A stretch of DNA of 64,000 nucleotides. Origin: Oopsacas minuta (taxonomy: Eukaryota > Animalia > Porifera). The stretch lies in assembly GCA_024704765.1 (NCBI GenBank), contig JAKMXF010000022.1:310001-374000 (forward strand), written 5' to 3'. Below, in pieces: positions 37,209 through 49,974 of the stretch. The position numbers were made by a program, and so were the translations under genes. The notes below the pieces were generated by a model. That model worked only from the letters and a program-made list of their open reading frames with translations. It had not been told where the DNA came from and searched no databases. Every line of letters starts with the position of its first letter. Within the stretch, counting starts at the first letter, position 1.

Positions 37209-37946
37209 ATGTCTGCAACAGATCCAAACATTCACTTAGACCCCAGTGCTACTCTACACAATCCTCTGCTCTCTAAAGCTGAGCTAGGTAGACCCCGACT
37301 TAGGTTCTTTACTCTACCCCCCGAGGGGTTCACTTATGGACGCAAGAACTTCTCGAGGGATGGTGGTGCGAGAGAGGCCATGCATTGGACAGCATCTACC
37401 AACAGAGTAGAATTCAACACAACTCCTCTTCCTAAAGATTTCATTGCTATGAATAGAGAAGCTCTAGCTGCTGGATTCACCACAGCTCATGGACAAACTG
37501 ACTTTAGAGTTCTACACGATATCAGGCAGAGAGACAAGAATGGCAGAGCGAGGTGTCGATCAGATATACCCAAGTCTGCACCTCCAAACATTGCATATGG
37601 TATCAGCACGAGACCATCCACCCCAATTAATGAACTGTTGGAACACAAATACCAGGAACGGTGGGTGCAAGAGCGCAAGAGGAGTCTCCTTGAGGAGTTT
37701 GATAGAAATGAGGATGAACGTAGAGCTTTGAGGACTGTAAACCAAACAAAGACCTCTCTCATGCGAAAGAAAACACCAACAGTTGAGTGCTATACTTTCT
37801 GGCAAATGCCGCGATTCCAAAAAACTCCCTCTAAAGTAGCTTCCTTTCGAAACTTTGCTTCGAAAGATAAGTCATTCAAGGTACACCAAGAGGAAGCTCC
37901 CAAGAGAAAGGGGATATTTGGACAAGGGATATACAAAGCTTACTAA
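37209..37946 (+). CDS. CFAP77: Cilia- and flagella-associated protein 77
   Basis: KAELGR...LPPEGFTYG...DGGAREA...DFIAMNREA...YGISTRPSTPINELLEHKY. Confidence 0.85.
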   Translation: MSATDPNIHLDPSATLHNPLLSKAELGRPRLRFFTLPPEGFTYGRKNFSRDGGAREAMHWTASTNRVEFNTTPLPKDFIAMNREALAAGFTTAHGQTDFRVLHDIRQRDKNGRARCRSDIPKSAPPNIAYGISTRPSTPINELLEHKYQERWVQERKRSLLEEFDRNEDERRALRTVNQTKTSLMRKKTPTVECYTFWQMPRFQKTPSKVASFRNFASKDKSFKVHQEEAPKRKGIFGQGIYKAY

Positions 37947-38164
37947 TTTTTAATATTATCTATATGGCAACCAGATCTCTCCTTGGTATGCACACTTATT
38001 TATTTCCACATGATTTTCTCCATATATCTTATAATTATATTACTCTCATGAAAATGTCATATTTTTGATATTCTGGAATTTCCATAAATACCTATTGTCA
38101 TAGGTTATAAAATTTGTAATTTTAATTTCTACTAATAAAATGATCAGAATTAACTTTAGAGATT

Positions 38165-39606
38165 ATGGCTGAAGACGAATCTGTTCGCAGAGGAGATCAT
38201 GAAAACCAAAACACAGCACACAAAGTAGTTATGATGAGTGAGTCTATAATGGACACTCTAAAGATAATGAACTACGAATCTAAGTTCTGCTATCCTAATA
38301 CATTTCTTCCCTTCCCCAGACACTACTTTGCATTTTCCCTCAACCCAGGCGAGCAGTTCCACGCTTTCTCCTGTCTCTCTGCTTTTCTATTCAATCACTG
38401 CGGTATAAAATTTGAAATGCCTCAAGAATATGATGACCCTAACAGCACCGTAGCTGGTATAATCGAGGGTTTGAAGAAACTAGGAATAGCTGTTGATTTC
38501 GCTCCTGGCAAACTAAAGACAGGTTTCGGGGAGTATGTATGCACAGTGTTGAGTGATTTGTGTGCTGTAGCCTTGAATAAGACCCGATTCACTTATAGAA
38601 AACCAATTATTCCAAAGAATAAGACAGAAGATGAGATCATAGAAGAAGATGATTCAGAGGTACAGATCGACAAGGTACTACCAGTTTGTTTACTGCTTAA
38701 CATATTACTCAATTACTATTACAATTTACTCTTTGGTTTCAGGTCGAAGAAGCCATTATTGAAGAAAAGGATTCTGATGAAGAAGCATTCTTACAACTCA
38801 GCCCTCTAGGAGGTGATGGCATAACACAAGAGACTAATATAACACAACCCAGTAGACCTCAGTTCGATCCCAATGACTGGCAGCTAGAAGTAGAGAGAGC
38901 TATTCCAGCTCTCAAGGTACAGCTAAGCAGCTCTTCAAAAGACTGGAGATATCGCTTAGACCAGATGTTACAGTTTAGAGATGCTATGGGTTCTGTACAG
39001 AGTGAGTAACTATGCATGCAATATTAATACAATTTAGTTAGGGTGGAATTTGGACTCCTCCCAGATTGGTTTTAGAAAACCGTAATGTGTCCTCTACCTA
39101 CATCATTGGTCCTATATGCACCATATTATATCATTATTCAATTATTCGTAGCTAATACAAAGGGAAAGCTCGAAGATTTGCACCAGGAGCTGACTGCAAC
39201 TCTAGACAAAGTCGCGACTAGAGAGAAATACATGAATATTCAATTAGACGATACTCTCAAGGATTTGAGGGTATCTAGAGAGAGCCACTCTGAAGTCCGC
39301 CAGAAGTATGAAGTGGGTATGCAAAGAGTTAACGAATTGACTCAAGCGCTAAATAACATCACTGATGAGTTGGAAGGTGTTAAAATTCGCATGGATGAGC
39401 ATGGGACTAACATGACAGATGCTACACCTGTTGTACGTATCAAACATTCCCTACAACGAATTAAAACAGAGAATATGCAGATGGACTTAAGAATAGGAGT
39501 TCTTCAGCATTTACTGACAGCTTCTAAACTCAAGGAGAAATCTCTAATGCAGGAGGCAGCACCTGATGGGTCTGCTGGTCTTCCAACATTTGACGTAACC
39601 TATTAA
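38165..39606 (+). CDS. IFT57: Intraflagellar transport protein 57. Exons 38165-38674, 38743-39001, 39152-39606
   Basis: LKIMNYE...RHYFA...NPGEQF...EYDDPN...KLKTGFGE; DWQLEVER..PALKV...KDWR; ATREKYMNIQL; MDEHGTNMTDATPVVRIK. Confidence 0.93.
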
Positions 39607-40081
39607 CTGGTAACCATATCATTATCACTATGGTGTATTATTATATTTTAATTAAGGCGAAACAATATTTGAAATCGAAACTTTTTTCATAATCCTTAAA
39701 CCATAGCAAACTACGTATGTCTAAACATATTAATCAATACGTTGTAATCCTAATTTTATTGATTCCATAGATGGAATTAAGTGAATTTACTGCATTAGAC
39801 TTTAGTATATTGCACTCTCGAGGGAATTCACTCGAAAATGTTGCATAATAATAACTACTTTGAATATATACATTTATGCACAGTAGAATAAGGTACTTAC
39901 TCAAGATGTTACACGAAATTATTCAGTATATTACACGTATATACATGTGTAGAATTATTAAAACATTTTGATTTTCTTGGCATAATTTGTCGCATATCCA
40001 AGTCCTTGGCATATCTAGTTATTACTACTTTAATTAGCCTATAATTGTTGGAAATTCTTATTACTTAATCTAGCAAATGGA

Positions 40082-42760
40082 ATGCAGGTTGTTACACCTG
40101 AATTAACATTGAAGTATATTATTTTGAGTATTTGGCTAGCCATCCCTTTCTCTCTATATGCAGTACCTCTCAGATCAGTTTGCTCTCTCTATTCAGATTC
40201 ACCCAACATTCAATGCCTGACTGCATCTAATGTAGCTTCACACGTGGGTAATAGTCCTACCCTTTGGTTAATAGAATTCTATTCCTCTTCCTGTGGCCAC
40301 TGTATAGCATTCGCTCCCACATATCGGGAGCTATCTAACAGTATTAAGACCTGGAATAAGTTTATACGATTGGCTGTATTGGATTGCGCAACGTCTATGA
40401 ACAGAGCAACTTGTCAGGAATTTAAAGTATACTACTTTCCTTCTTTCAAATCGATTTCTCCATTTTCAGATGTGGACGGAGATAAATTTGCTATTTCTCG
40501 GAGAGATATACCATCTATCACTAACTTACTAACAGATTTGGTAATTGAGAACAAACAAAAGTATAATGAAGATATCAAGGCATACATTCAACAACTCGAG
40601 CCTCTGTATTGTGATATGGATTTAGATCAATTGTTTGAATCCAGCAGAGAAGTATGTATTCTGTTAATTGCTGAGTTGGCTGGTTCTTATACTGGGAAAC
40701 AGGTTATGTTGGATGTAGCGGATCAAACAATGCATAGAACAGACATCAAGGTTAAAATATTGATATTATCCATGGTATAGATACTATTAAACCTTCTACC
40801 TTTAGATAAGAAGACTGTTAATTACAGAAAATACAGATTGTCCGTTGATTCCAAGTACCCAATATGCTAGTGATGTTCCTCATCTCATTTTCTTCAGGAA
40901 TGCTACACTTACACTTCAATACCATTCTAACCTAGATGACGCCAGAACACATTATACATCTATAATTAGCCAACTCATTACATCATCAAGATCTGTCACA
41001 AAATTATCAGATTCTGAAATAGAAAACGCTGTGCATTTACCGAATAGTGTAAAAGATGTAAGCAATAAGGATGAAAATTCTGGTTTAGAATTAGGCGAAG
41101 TTCTATTTAATCGTATCAGACATGGATTCACAACTTCTGACATAATCAACTCTGTGAGTTACAGTTTACGTCATGAAGTGTCGCTCAAGGAACAAATTTC
41201 TGGAGAAGATATCAACTCGCTGCTAAATTATCTGCTAATGCTTGATCATATACTACCACAGGTAAGTACAGCTAGTATTAACTATTTGTTCAGATCTGTT
41301 TCGTAGCAAAATGTTTATTGTTCAGGTAGTTATGGGAATGATTGAGTGGAGCACCTTGGTGACTGATGGACAATTAATGAAATATTATTTAGCTTGATTT
41401 GTGTACTTTATTGTACTCAGGTATTACATAACTAAAGGAAATTGAATAATATTAATAGTAAGATTACGTAATTCTAATTTTGATATATCAATATTACATA
41501 ATTATAATTTTAATTTTGATATAGCAAACTAAGTTATTTCTTGTATTGTAAGTATAATTGCTTATTTGCAATTTATTCTCTTGATTATTCGTCATCCGAA
41601 CAGATATTGCAACTACAGGAATTTTAAGTAGAATCAAACTGCTACGTTGTAACATGATATTTCAACCTTGTAGCTACATCCCAAGACAAGCACTCTTCTC
41701 TCTGCTCTTATCAAAGAACTTACTCGATTTACGAGTTCTCCTAGCCACGTGGTTTCACATTCTATGACAGGAAGAGAATGGGACTTATTGGTTAGTGATA
41801 AACTAGATAAATCTGTATTTCCTATTAATCCTAGATGGGTAGGATGTCGTGGATCTAAGCCTTATTTGAGAGGGTACACCTGTGGACTATGGGTACTCTT
41901 CCATCTCTCACTTACTCACGTCTCACTAGAGGTTGATACAGATCCAGAATTGTCAGCAGTAAATGTAGCTGCTATTATCAAAGAGTATATTGTCAGGTTT
42001 TTCTCCTGTGCAGATTGTAAGTTACACTTTGTGAGAATGTCTACTCGCTTAGAGCTACAGATAACAACTGATAGGGAAGCAGTTATGTGGTTCTGGATAG
42101 CTCATAACAAGGTAGCATAAATAATTGTCGTGATCGACCGAAATAGGAATTATTAATACAGTAAATGTTCACATATTATTCAATATAATATTAGTGCAGC
42201 CTAAGTACAATGTTGGAGAATATACAAATTAATTCTCTTACTAACTAAATTGATCACAAATCATACGTATAGGTTTTTAGTTGTTCATTCATAATATGTG
42301 CTAACAACATATTAATACTACTAATTAATCTATAATTACTTATATCTCATTACAATGATGTTACTATTGTGGTGAATTATATAAATTGAAAAACGTGTGT
42401 TCCCAGATTAATGAACGGCTGAAAGATGACTCCAGCACTGATCCAATAGCTCCTAAAATTCAATTCCCTCCCCAAGACATCTGTCCCAGCTGTAGATTCT
42501 CAGCTCCTATCCTTAACCCTACTTCTGAAGTATTCTCTCTTAACAGTGTTACTTGGAATACAACAGAAGTACACAATTTCTTAATGAGTTATTATAATCG
42601 ACACAAAAAAGAGAAACTTGGAGATCCTGTAATTTTTAGCCAACATCTAGTACCTATTTGTTATCTATTCTATGGTCTAATTATTTTACTTCTCATCTTT
42701 CTGGTTCGTAAGATATGTCATCGCAAGCAAAGAATATTGAACAGGTTTAAACAATATTAA
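40082..42760 (+). CDS. QSOX: Quiescin sulfhydryl oxidase. Exons approx. 40082-40750, 40807-41261, 41674-42112, 42408-42760
   Basis: Signal peptide; Trx domain EFYSSSCGHC; Erv module WVGCRGS...RGYTCGLWVLFH, FFSCADC, WFWIAHNK|INERL...DPIAPKIQFPPQDICPSC; C-terminal TM helix. Confidence 0.93.
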
Positions 42761-42944
42761 TTGTGTATATCATGTGCTCTATATTGTGCAATGAATCTTT
42801 AAAAGGAAGGCATTTTATAGAGATAATCAAAGTATAATCGTACCCGGTAATATGTAATTATGTTTAATGTCTAATTTTAGAAATTATTATATTCAACTTT
42901 TATTAATGTTTGCTTCGTTGTAAAAGCTTTTAAAACACTATACT

Positions 42945-43951
42945 ATGGCATCTCTTGTCGAATCATTTTTCTCAAGTGAAACAGCACCTTCTAACCTTGA
43001 TGTTTCACTCGCTACAACACGTGAATTTATTCAGTTTCATTTGAAAGAGAATCGTCTCTTTTGTTTTATAACATCAGGGGGAACCACAGCACCCCTAGAG
43101 AAGAACACGGTCCGATTTGTTGATAACATTAGCAAAGGTACACGGGGTGCTACTTCAGCAGAGCATTTCTTGAACCAGGGATATGCTGTTATATTTCTAG
43201 CACGAAGAATGTCTATCCAACCTTTTACACGACATTTACAGCTTGATGAAATATTGGATAGTTTGTCAGATGGTACTATACATGATAATAAAGTTGATTT
43301 TGACTTAGGCCCGAAAGGTAAGAAAATATTCTCAATGATAGAGCAATACAAAAAAGTGAGTAACTAATTTATAGCATTTAATTTTTGTTGTTGTTATTAT
43401 TATTATTATTATTTACTGAGGTTAAGGAACATAATCTCCTGCTAAAAGTAGACTTCACTTCTATTTCAGATTACCTATTTCTTCTCCGCGGAATTTCACA
43501 ACTTCTCTCAAAATGCGAAAAGCGCGCTTTTTTTTATTTAGCAGCAGCTGTATCGGATTTCTTTGTACCAGCTGCTGAGCTATCCGAACACAAAATACAA
43601 TCTAGAGATTCTACTCAACTTACTCTTAAACTAACCCCCACCCCAAAGCTAATCCCCCTCCTCTCCAAAGAATGGGCTCCCCTCTCCCTACTTACTACAT
43701 TCAAACTTGAAACTGATCCTTCTCTCCTGATTCTTAAAGCTAAGCGAGCCTTCACAGATACAGGCCCTAATCACCGTGTTGTGGTGGCTAATTTGTTACA
43801 TGAGACTAGACGGAAGGTTGTACTAGTCCTCTCACATGAAAAACAACACAGAGAAATTGTAAACAGCTTAGAAAGTGGGAAGGAAATTGAAGAATTGATT
43901 ATAAAAGAATTAGCTCAAATACATCATGATTATATTGCAGAATCTAATTAG
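42945..43951 (+). CDS. PPCS: Phosphopantothenate--cysteine ligase. Exons 42945-43355, 43421-43951
   Basis: ITSGGTTAPLEKNTVRFVDN..KGTRGATSAEHF...GYAVIFL; FYLAAAVSDF; FKLETD; VVANLL. Confidence 0.95.
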
Positions 43952-44078
43952 GTATTTTGTGATAATTTTACTAATCATTAGATATTTGATAATATTTTAC
44001 GTACAAATCATTGTTTTACTTCCAACTGATTCACAAATTATTCACTTTCAATATGACTTAATATATTTTCTATTTAGA

Positions 44079-44778
44079 ATGCTATACAAGCATATCTTAG
44101 CAATCCATCTAGCTTTAATTCTGATAACACTAACACAATCCATTAATTTCTACATTACATCAGGAGTGAAGAAATGTCTACAAGAGGAAGTTCATAAGAA
44201 TGACATAGTATCTGGAGAGTACCATATATACCAGCAACAAGAAGTGAATATACCTGTTAAGGTTATAGTAACAGATGAGAGGGATCAGACATTGTACACA
44301 AAGGAGGAAGCTACTGAAGGTAAATTTGGATTCACTATCGACTACTACGGACCTTACACAATATGTTTCCATTCACTACCATCTCCTTTTGATGTCCAAA
44401 TAACTTTACGCGTAAGTCCATTAATTCACTTGTATAGTTATCACTATAGTATTTTACACGTTTGTTTGTTTGTTTGTTTAGGTTGAGCTTAACCTAAAAC
44501 ATGGAGTTGATTCTAAAGATTACAAAGATACGATTGAAGCAGAGCAACTTAAACCTCTTGAGGCTCAGCTCAGGAGGTTAGAAGATTTATCAAATGAAAT
44601 TGTGCAAGATTTCGCGTATATGCGAAAGCGCGAGGAAGAAATGCGTGACACAAACGAATCAACAAATACTCGTGTTCTCTACTTCAGCGTATTCTCTATG
44701 ATTTGTTTGCTTAGTTTGGCTGTTTGGCAGTTATTCTATTTGAGAAGATACTTCAAAGCTAAGAAATTAATAGATTAA
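44079..44778 (+). CDS. TMED10: p24-delta cargo receptor. Exons 44079-44411, 44482-44778
   Basis: Signal peptide, [14 protein letters not shown] domain, [14 protein letters not shown]...[13 protein letters not shown], and C-terminal YFKAKKLID. Confidence 0.96.
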
Positions 44779-45164
44779 CTTATAATGTGATTAGAAGATG
44801 GTGAATGATGCTGGTGTAGCATATTTTCATAGCTTAAATGATAGGAAATCAAACTTGTAATTTATTACTTATTACATTCATTCCTATACTGATTAATAAT
44901 GATAATATTTACTGAGCACGGATATAAGTATCTCCAGTAATTACGGATTCCCAGTTGGAATTTTTGAACCGTCTGAACTAATAGCTTATTCATTATATGA
45001 TTCTATTATTATTAATCTTATAATTGCGATTTCATGCATATATGTATATAATTTGTTATTCACAATAGATGCAAATAGCTATAGTTTAGCTTACAGCTAC
45101 AGGCCAGTTAACGTGTCTTTCTATCCATATTACTTCTAACGTTATTTCTTCTAGACTGATACAT

Positions 45165-48100
45165 ATGAAAAGTTCCTTCTTGTTTTGTACTGTTCCAGTT
45201 ATCTTTGTAATATTACCAGCAACTGGTTTGCTCTTGTTTACCAGTGGATTCTTCCTAACTAGAGTTGCAATAGAAGAGAAAAGTAATAGATCAGTACCTT
45301 ACTTATCCAATTATCCTGAAACAGATGAAATTAATTTCGAAGAATTTACCCGTTTCAACCGTGTAGTAATACTTGTCATCGATGCTCTAAGATATGATTT
45401 TGTTAAACGTATCACAAGAGATGAGCTTGCTATAGATGCTGAATTCAAGCCTTATCACAATCACATGAGAACTATTACTAATCTTATTGACAATTACCCA
45501 CGACAGGCTAAACTATACAAGTATGTTAAATTATAATTGCCTAACATAAATTGTATGCTTAGCGTTTTACCTATGCAATTTGATAGGTAAGCGCTAAGTT
45601 GTATTACCTATCAAATTGCTTACCTAAGCGCGCTGAAGAGAAATGGCACAAATCACACCAGATTTTCATTTTTTGCAAATAACACTTTTCATTATTGAGT
45701 AAGCTATGATGTAGTGTTGACTAATGCATCCTAGATTTCTTGCTGATCCTCCAACCAATACAATGCAACGTATCAAAGGCCTTACAACTGGAAGCCTTCC
45801 TACTTTTGTTGATCAGACAAGTAACTTCAATTCTCCTAAAATTACAGAAGATAGTATCATACATCAAATATATAGGTCAGGAAGAAAATCTTTGTTCGTT
45901 GGAGACGATACATGGATAGATTTATTTCCAGGTATATTATTGATTATTTTTGTGTTACAAAACTTAGATAATCATAATTTTTCCGATCAAATTATTTTAG
46001 ATACATTCGCTGAAACTTATCCTTACCCCAGCTTTAACGTGAGAGATCTGCATACAGTAGATGCTGGAGTTATAAAACATCTGCCTCCTTTCTTAGAGCG
46101 TGGAGACTGGAGTCTGTTAATTGGACATTTTCTAGGCGTAGATCATGTTGGTCATATATATGGACCTGATCATTCTAGTATGAAGAATAAATTAACGCAA
46201 CTTGATGGTGTTATCAAGTGAGTAGGGTTTCTAGCTATCTATTGCATGAATACAAATTATATCCAACGGATAGCCAACTTTAGAATGAAAGTTCAATGCT
46301 TTTATTTATGTAACGTATATCAGTTCTGTAGTTAACCAGATATCTGATGACACCCTACTGGTTGTACTAGGAGATCATGGTATGACTGAGACAGGCGATC
46401 ATGGAGGAGATACTTCTGATGAGACTGATGCAGCTCTTTTCCTCTACTCTCCTAATCCCATATTCCCCCTATTAATGCCTTCCCCTATTCTAAATTCTCC
46501 AATAATATCAGATTCTGTCTCTCAGAAGAATATTGTACCAACTATCTCTCTTCTGCTCGGGCTACCTATCCCTTACTCGAATTTAGGAGCTCTAATTCCA
46601 GAACTTTTTCTAAATAAAGAAAATCCTCTCTCTTCTCTTTCATTTCTTTCCAGAGCAATGTTAACAAACTGTCTCCAGTTATGGAGATGTCTGACTCACT
46701 ACTCACTTCTAACTTCTGATATCTCTTCTTACGATATGGAGATTTTACGTATTAAAATTGATTCAATTACTTCTTCGCATCAATCTTCTAATTTCTATGA
46801 AATTAATAATTTAATAGCTTTCATTGAGAAATGTACTGAATTCTTGAATCATTCAGAGAAGATTTGTCAGTCTGTTTGGGCTAGATTCCGTATTGAAAGG
46901 ATGTCAATAGGTTTTAGTATATTGATATTTACAGCTCTCCTTCAATATTACATCACTACCAATCTATATCAACATGATAATATATATCTAGGAGATAAGA
47001 TATTACTCTATGCTTCAATCTCTTACGTAATCTTAGGATTATTATTATTAATGTCAACAGAGTTGACTTATTCTATAAAGATCATCATGGTATCGTCCTG
47101 TATGGTTAGTATGTCTTTTATAATTTATCGTATAATAACTTCACGCTATCTCATTTATTTCAGAGAATCTGTTAATCTTTTCTCTATCTCTTCTCTTGTA
47201 TTTTCGATCATCTCTCCTATTAGTTTATTCTCTAATAGCTTCATAATCAGAGAGGATAGTCGAATAGAATTTATGTTACAAACTTATAATTTGATTTTGC
47301 TCTTCAAATCTCTATCAATTTGGTATACTCAATCCAGAGATAAATCTCATATTATAACATCACTATTCAATCCCTGCTTACTACTGAGTTTGATGTCATT
47401 AACTAGACTATTCCATGCTTGTAGACCTGAACAGTTACCCTGCGACTCTTCCATATTCTCACTTCATCTCCTTAACCTTGCAGAGAAGTCATTCATCTCT
47501 GCATTCTTGAGGATATTACTTTCTATAATACTTCTTATTATAACAGTTGATCTGCTCTCCTGGAAGTATCAGATTTCTAATTACAAATGTTACTCAATTT
47601 CCCTTACCTCACTTTATGTTCTAATAATAATATTTTGGCTAACTAAGCTCCTCCCAGAACCTCCTATACATTCTTCTTTAATCAGTTATTATTACACTTT
47701 CTCTCCCCGTATCGTTTATCTAATTGCTATTTTCCTAATCTGCATTTCTACATGGAATTTATCTAAACATAACACTGATTTCTCTATCCACTATTCGTCC
47801 TTATGTTTGGTAGTTTGGTTGCTATCCTGTCTGCTAGTAGGAGATGGAATGACTTCTTCTCTGGCTCTTCTCTTACTCTATCAAGGTATTCTTTCAAAAG
47901 TAGTCTCTTGTAAGTTTAATTGAATATAGTAGATGTCGGTTATATGAACATATTGATTATAAGAACACGTATTGCTACGTACTCCTAAGGGCGTTCTTGT
48001 AACCGACATCTACTGTATTAACTTGTTTCCATTCTCATAAATTACATTATTTAATTTTCTGTAAATTGTTGAGTTAAATGAGTTTATTTTATAATTAGAC

Positions 48101-48878
48101 TGCGGATCTCTACCCTTATTCTTCATTTCTCACTATTTCTTTCTCTTATGCTCCCAATTCTATTTCGCTATTGGCCATCAATTTACTGTTCATAGCATCC
48201 GTTATGAAGCAGCTTTCACTGGATTTCACGGGGATTTACCAAGCTTTATTTTGGCTGGCTTTTTAATTGGAATTAATATGTTTGCTCCTTACATTTGTAA
48301 CATTTGCTTCTTACCATTATTCTTATTAACAATTAACAACGAACTCAAGAAGGATACTTCTCTCTTACAAATATCTATGACTACATGGTTACATATACTT
48401 TGTTTTGCAAATATTCAGGTAATTTTAATTGATCCTATAATTAGATTTATTAATACAAGTATAATACTACGAACACGGTTCATACAAAACTCCTGATGAG
48501 ACTTACAAAGTTTGTTTCTCAACATTGTAATTCTTATCAAGAGTTCTCAATAATTACCTGTCAGTATTCCTTACAGACCATTTCCATAGTATCCTATTTC
48601 ACATCTGATTGGGAGTATAAAATTCTAAAATTATTAACACATGATTTATCATATTCCAAGAATAATTATTTTATTCTTGTCAGGTATTGTGTACTTGTGC
48701 AGCTGCTTATATTCACAGACGTCACTTGATGGTTTGGAATGTATTTGCTCCTCGTTTTGTATACGAGTCTGTTATCTATTATGTTTTAGTTGTATCAATT
48801 TTTGTAATATTTTCTATTGTGTATAGAGCCAGTTTACAAATTAATGTCAAAGGAAATTTACTAATTAAACGGCAGTAA
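45165..48878 (+). CDS. PIGO: GPI ethanolamine phosphate transferase 3, 6 exons
   Basis: FTSGFFLTR; VVILVIDALRYDF; FLADPPTNTMQRIKGLTTGSLPTF; GDDTW; FNVRDLHTVD; GHFLGVDHVGH; GDHGMTETGDHGG; FAIGHQ; RRHLMVWNVFAPRF. Confidence 0.95.
45558..45631. repeat. Interlocking inverted repeats in PIGO intron 1
   Basis: Perfect 16-bp stem gcaatttgataggtaa (45575-45590) / ttacctatcaaattgc (45604-45619). A competing near-perfect stem is cttagcgttttacctat (45558-45574) / ataggtaagcgctaag (45583-45598). Confidence 0.9.
47925..48017. mobile_element. Miniature (about 90 bp) TA-flanked MITE in a PIGO intron
   Basis: TA|TAGTAGATGTCGGTTA ... TAACCGACATCTACTG|TA; 15-bp perfect inverted core. Confidence 0.85.
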
Positions 48879-48951
48879 AATTGTATATTTATTATGGAAT
48901 GTTTTATTCAAACTTTTCTTTCGATTTATCATTTTTCATAATATTAGCTTA

Positions 48952-49719
48952 ATGCTCCTTGAGTATGCAAATAGCGATATACCTTGGTTGTACATATCAT
49001 TCAGCACTCTATGCTGGACAACATTGTACTTTATTATATACGGATTGATTCATAAACCTGAACATAGCGTACGAATTGTCACTGTATGTCACGCTCTCTC
49101 TAGTATGTGTCTGTGCTTCTATATCTGTGTGATCAAGAGTCCATTTCCTCTCTTTCCATGGGGTGTCGGTCAACAAAATACATGGTGGCATGATCTAGGG
49201 ATGACTTATAGTTTAGGATATTTTCTGTTTGACCTCACTTGGTCACTGTACATGCAATCTGAAAAGCAAATTATGTTAGCTCATCACGTGGTTTCCATAT
49301 TCGGATTTTTTACTACTCTCAGAATTGGAGTTTCAGGTTGTGAAATTCTAGCTACTACAGGAGGCGCTGAAGTTTCCAATCCATTCTTACAGCTGCGTTG
49401 GCTCCTCCAACACGAACAGAGACTTGACACAGAATTTGGTAAATTTGTAGAACACATGTTCTTATTGGTCTGGTTTGTGGTTAGGATGGGTATTGGTACT
49501 GTCCTCTATATTGTAGTAGTATTGTCCAGTCAACCACCTTTAATTATAAAGTTTGGTGCTAATTGTATGTTCACGGTTAGTTGTGCATTTACCTACGGTA
49601 TTATTCAGTACTACAGGAAGAGGTTTGGAAATATATTTCTTTTACCAAGATACTTTCTAAAAGAACTTCCTACTTTTGTCAGAACTCGTTGGAAGAGTTT
49701 TCACTTCAAACTTATTTGA
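48952..49719 (+). CDS. TLC-domain membrane protein (TMEM136/TLCD5-like)
   Basis: RIVTVCHA, YSLGYFLFDL, MLAHHVVS, GAEVSNPFLQLRW, LVWFVVR. Confidence 0.85.
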   Translation: MLLEYANSDIPWLYISFSTLCWTTLYFIIYGLIHKPEHSVRIVTVCHALSSMCLCFYICVIKSPFPLFPWGVGQQNTWWHDLGMTYSLGYFLFDLTWSLYMQSEKQIMLAHHVVSIFGFFTTLRIGVSGCEILATTGGAEVSNPFLQLRWLLQHEQRLDTEFGKFVEHMFLLVWFVVRMGIGTVLYIVVVLSSQPPLIIKFGANCMFTVSCAFTYGIIQYYRKRFGNIFLLPRYFLKELPTFVRTRWKSFHFKLI

Positions 49720-49974
49720 ATACGATAGTCGTGTTTACATTTTTACATCTAATTGTTAGAATTCGAGGTGAATATTTATTTCGTTTCTGGCCTTATTTAT
49801 TTCGTACTTTATTTATTACTTTTACAATTCTTGTACTGTTGTATTGATTAATTCATATTCACATTAATTAAATAGGTTTTTCAAATTCACACATTCAGTA
49901 CTTTCTTTGCTTAATACTTTTAATATGTAATCCTTAGAAATATTTTAAAATAATATCAGCCTCAAATTTCTACA

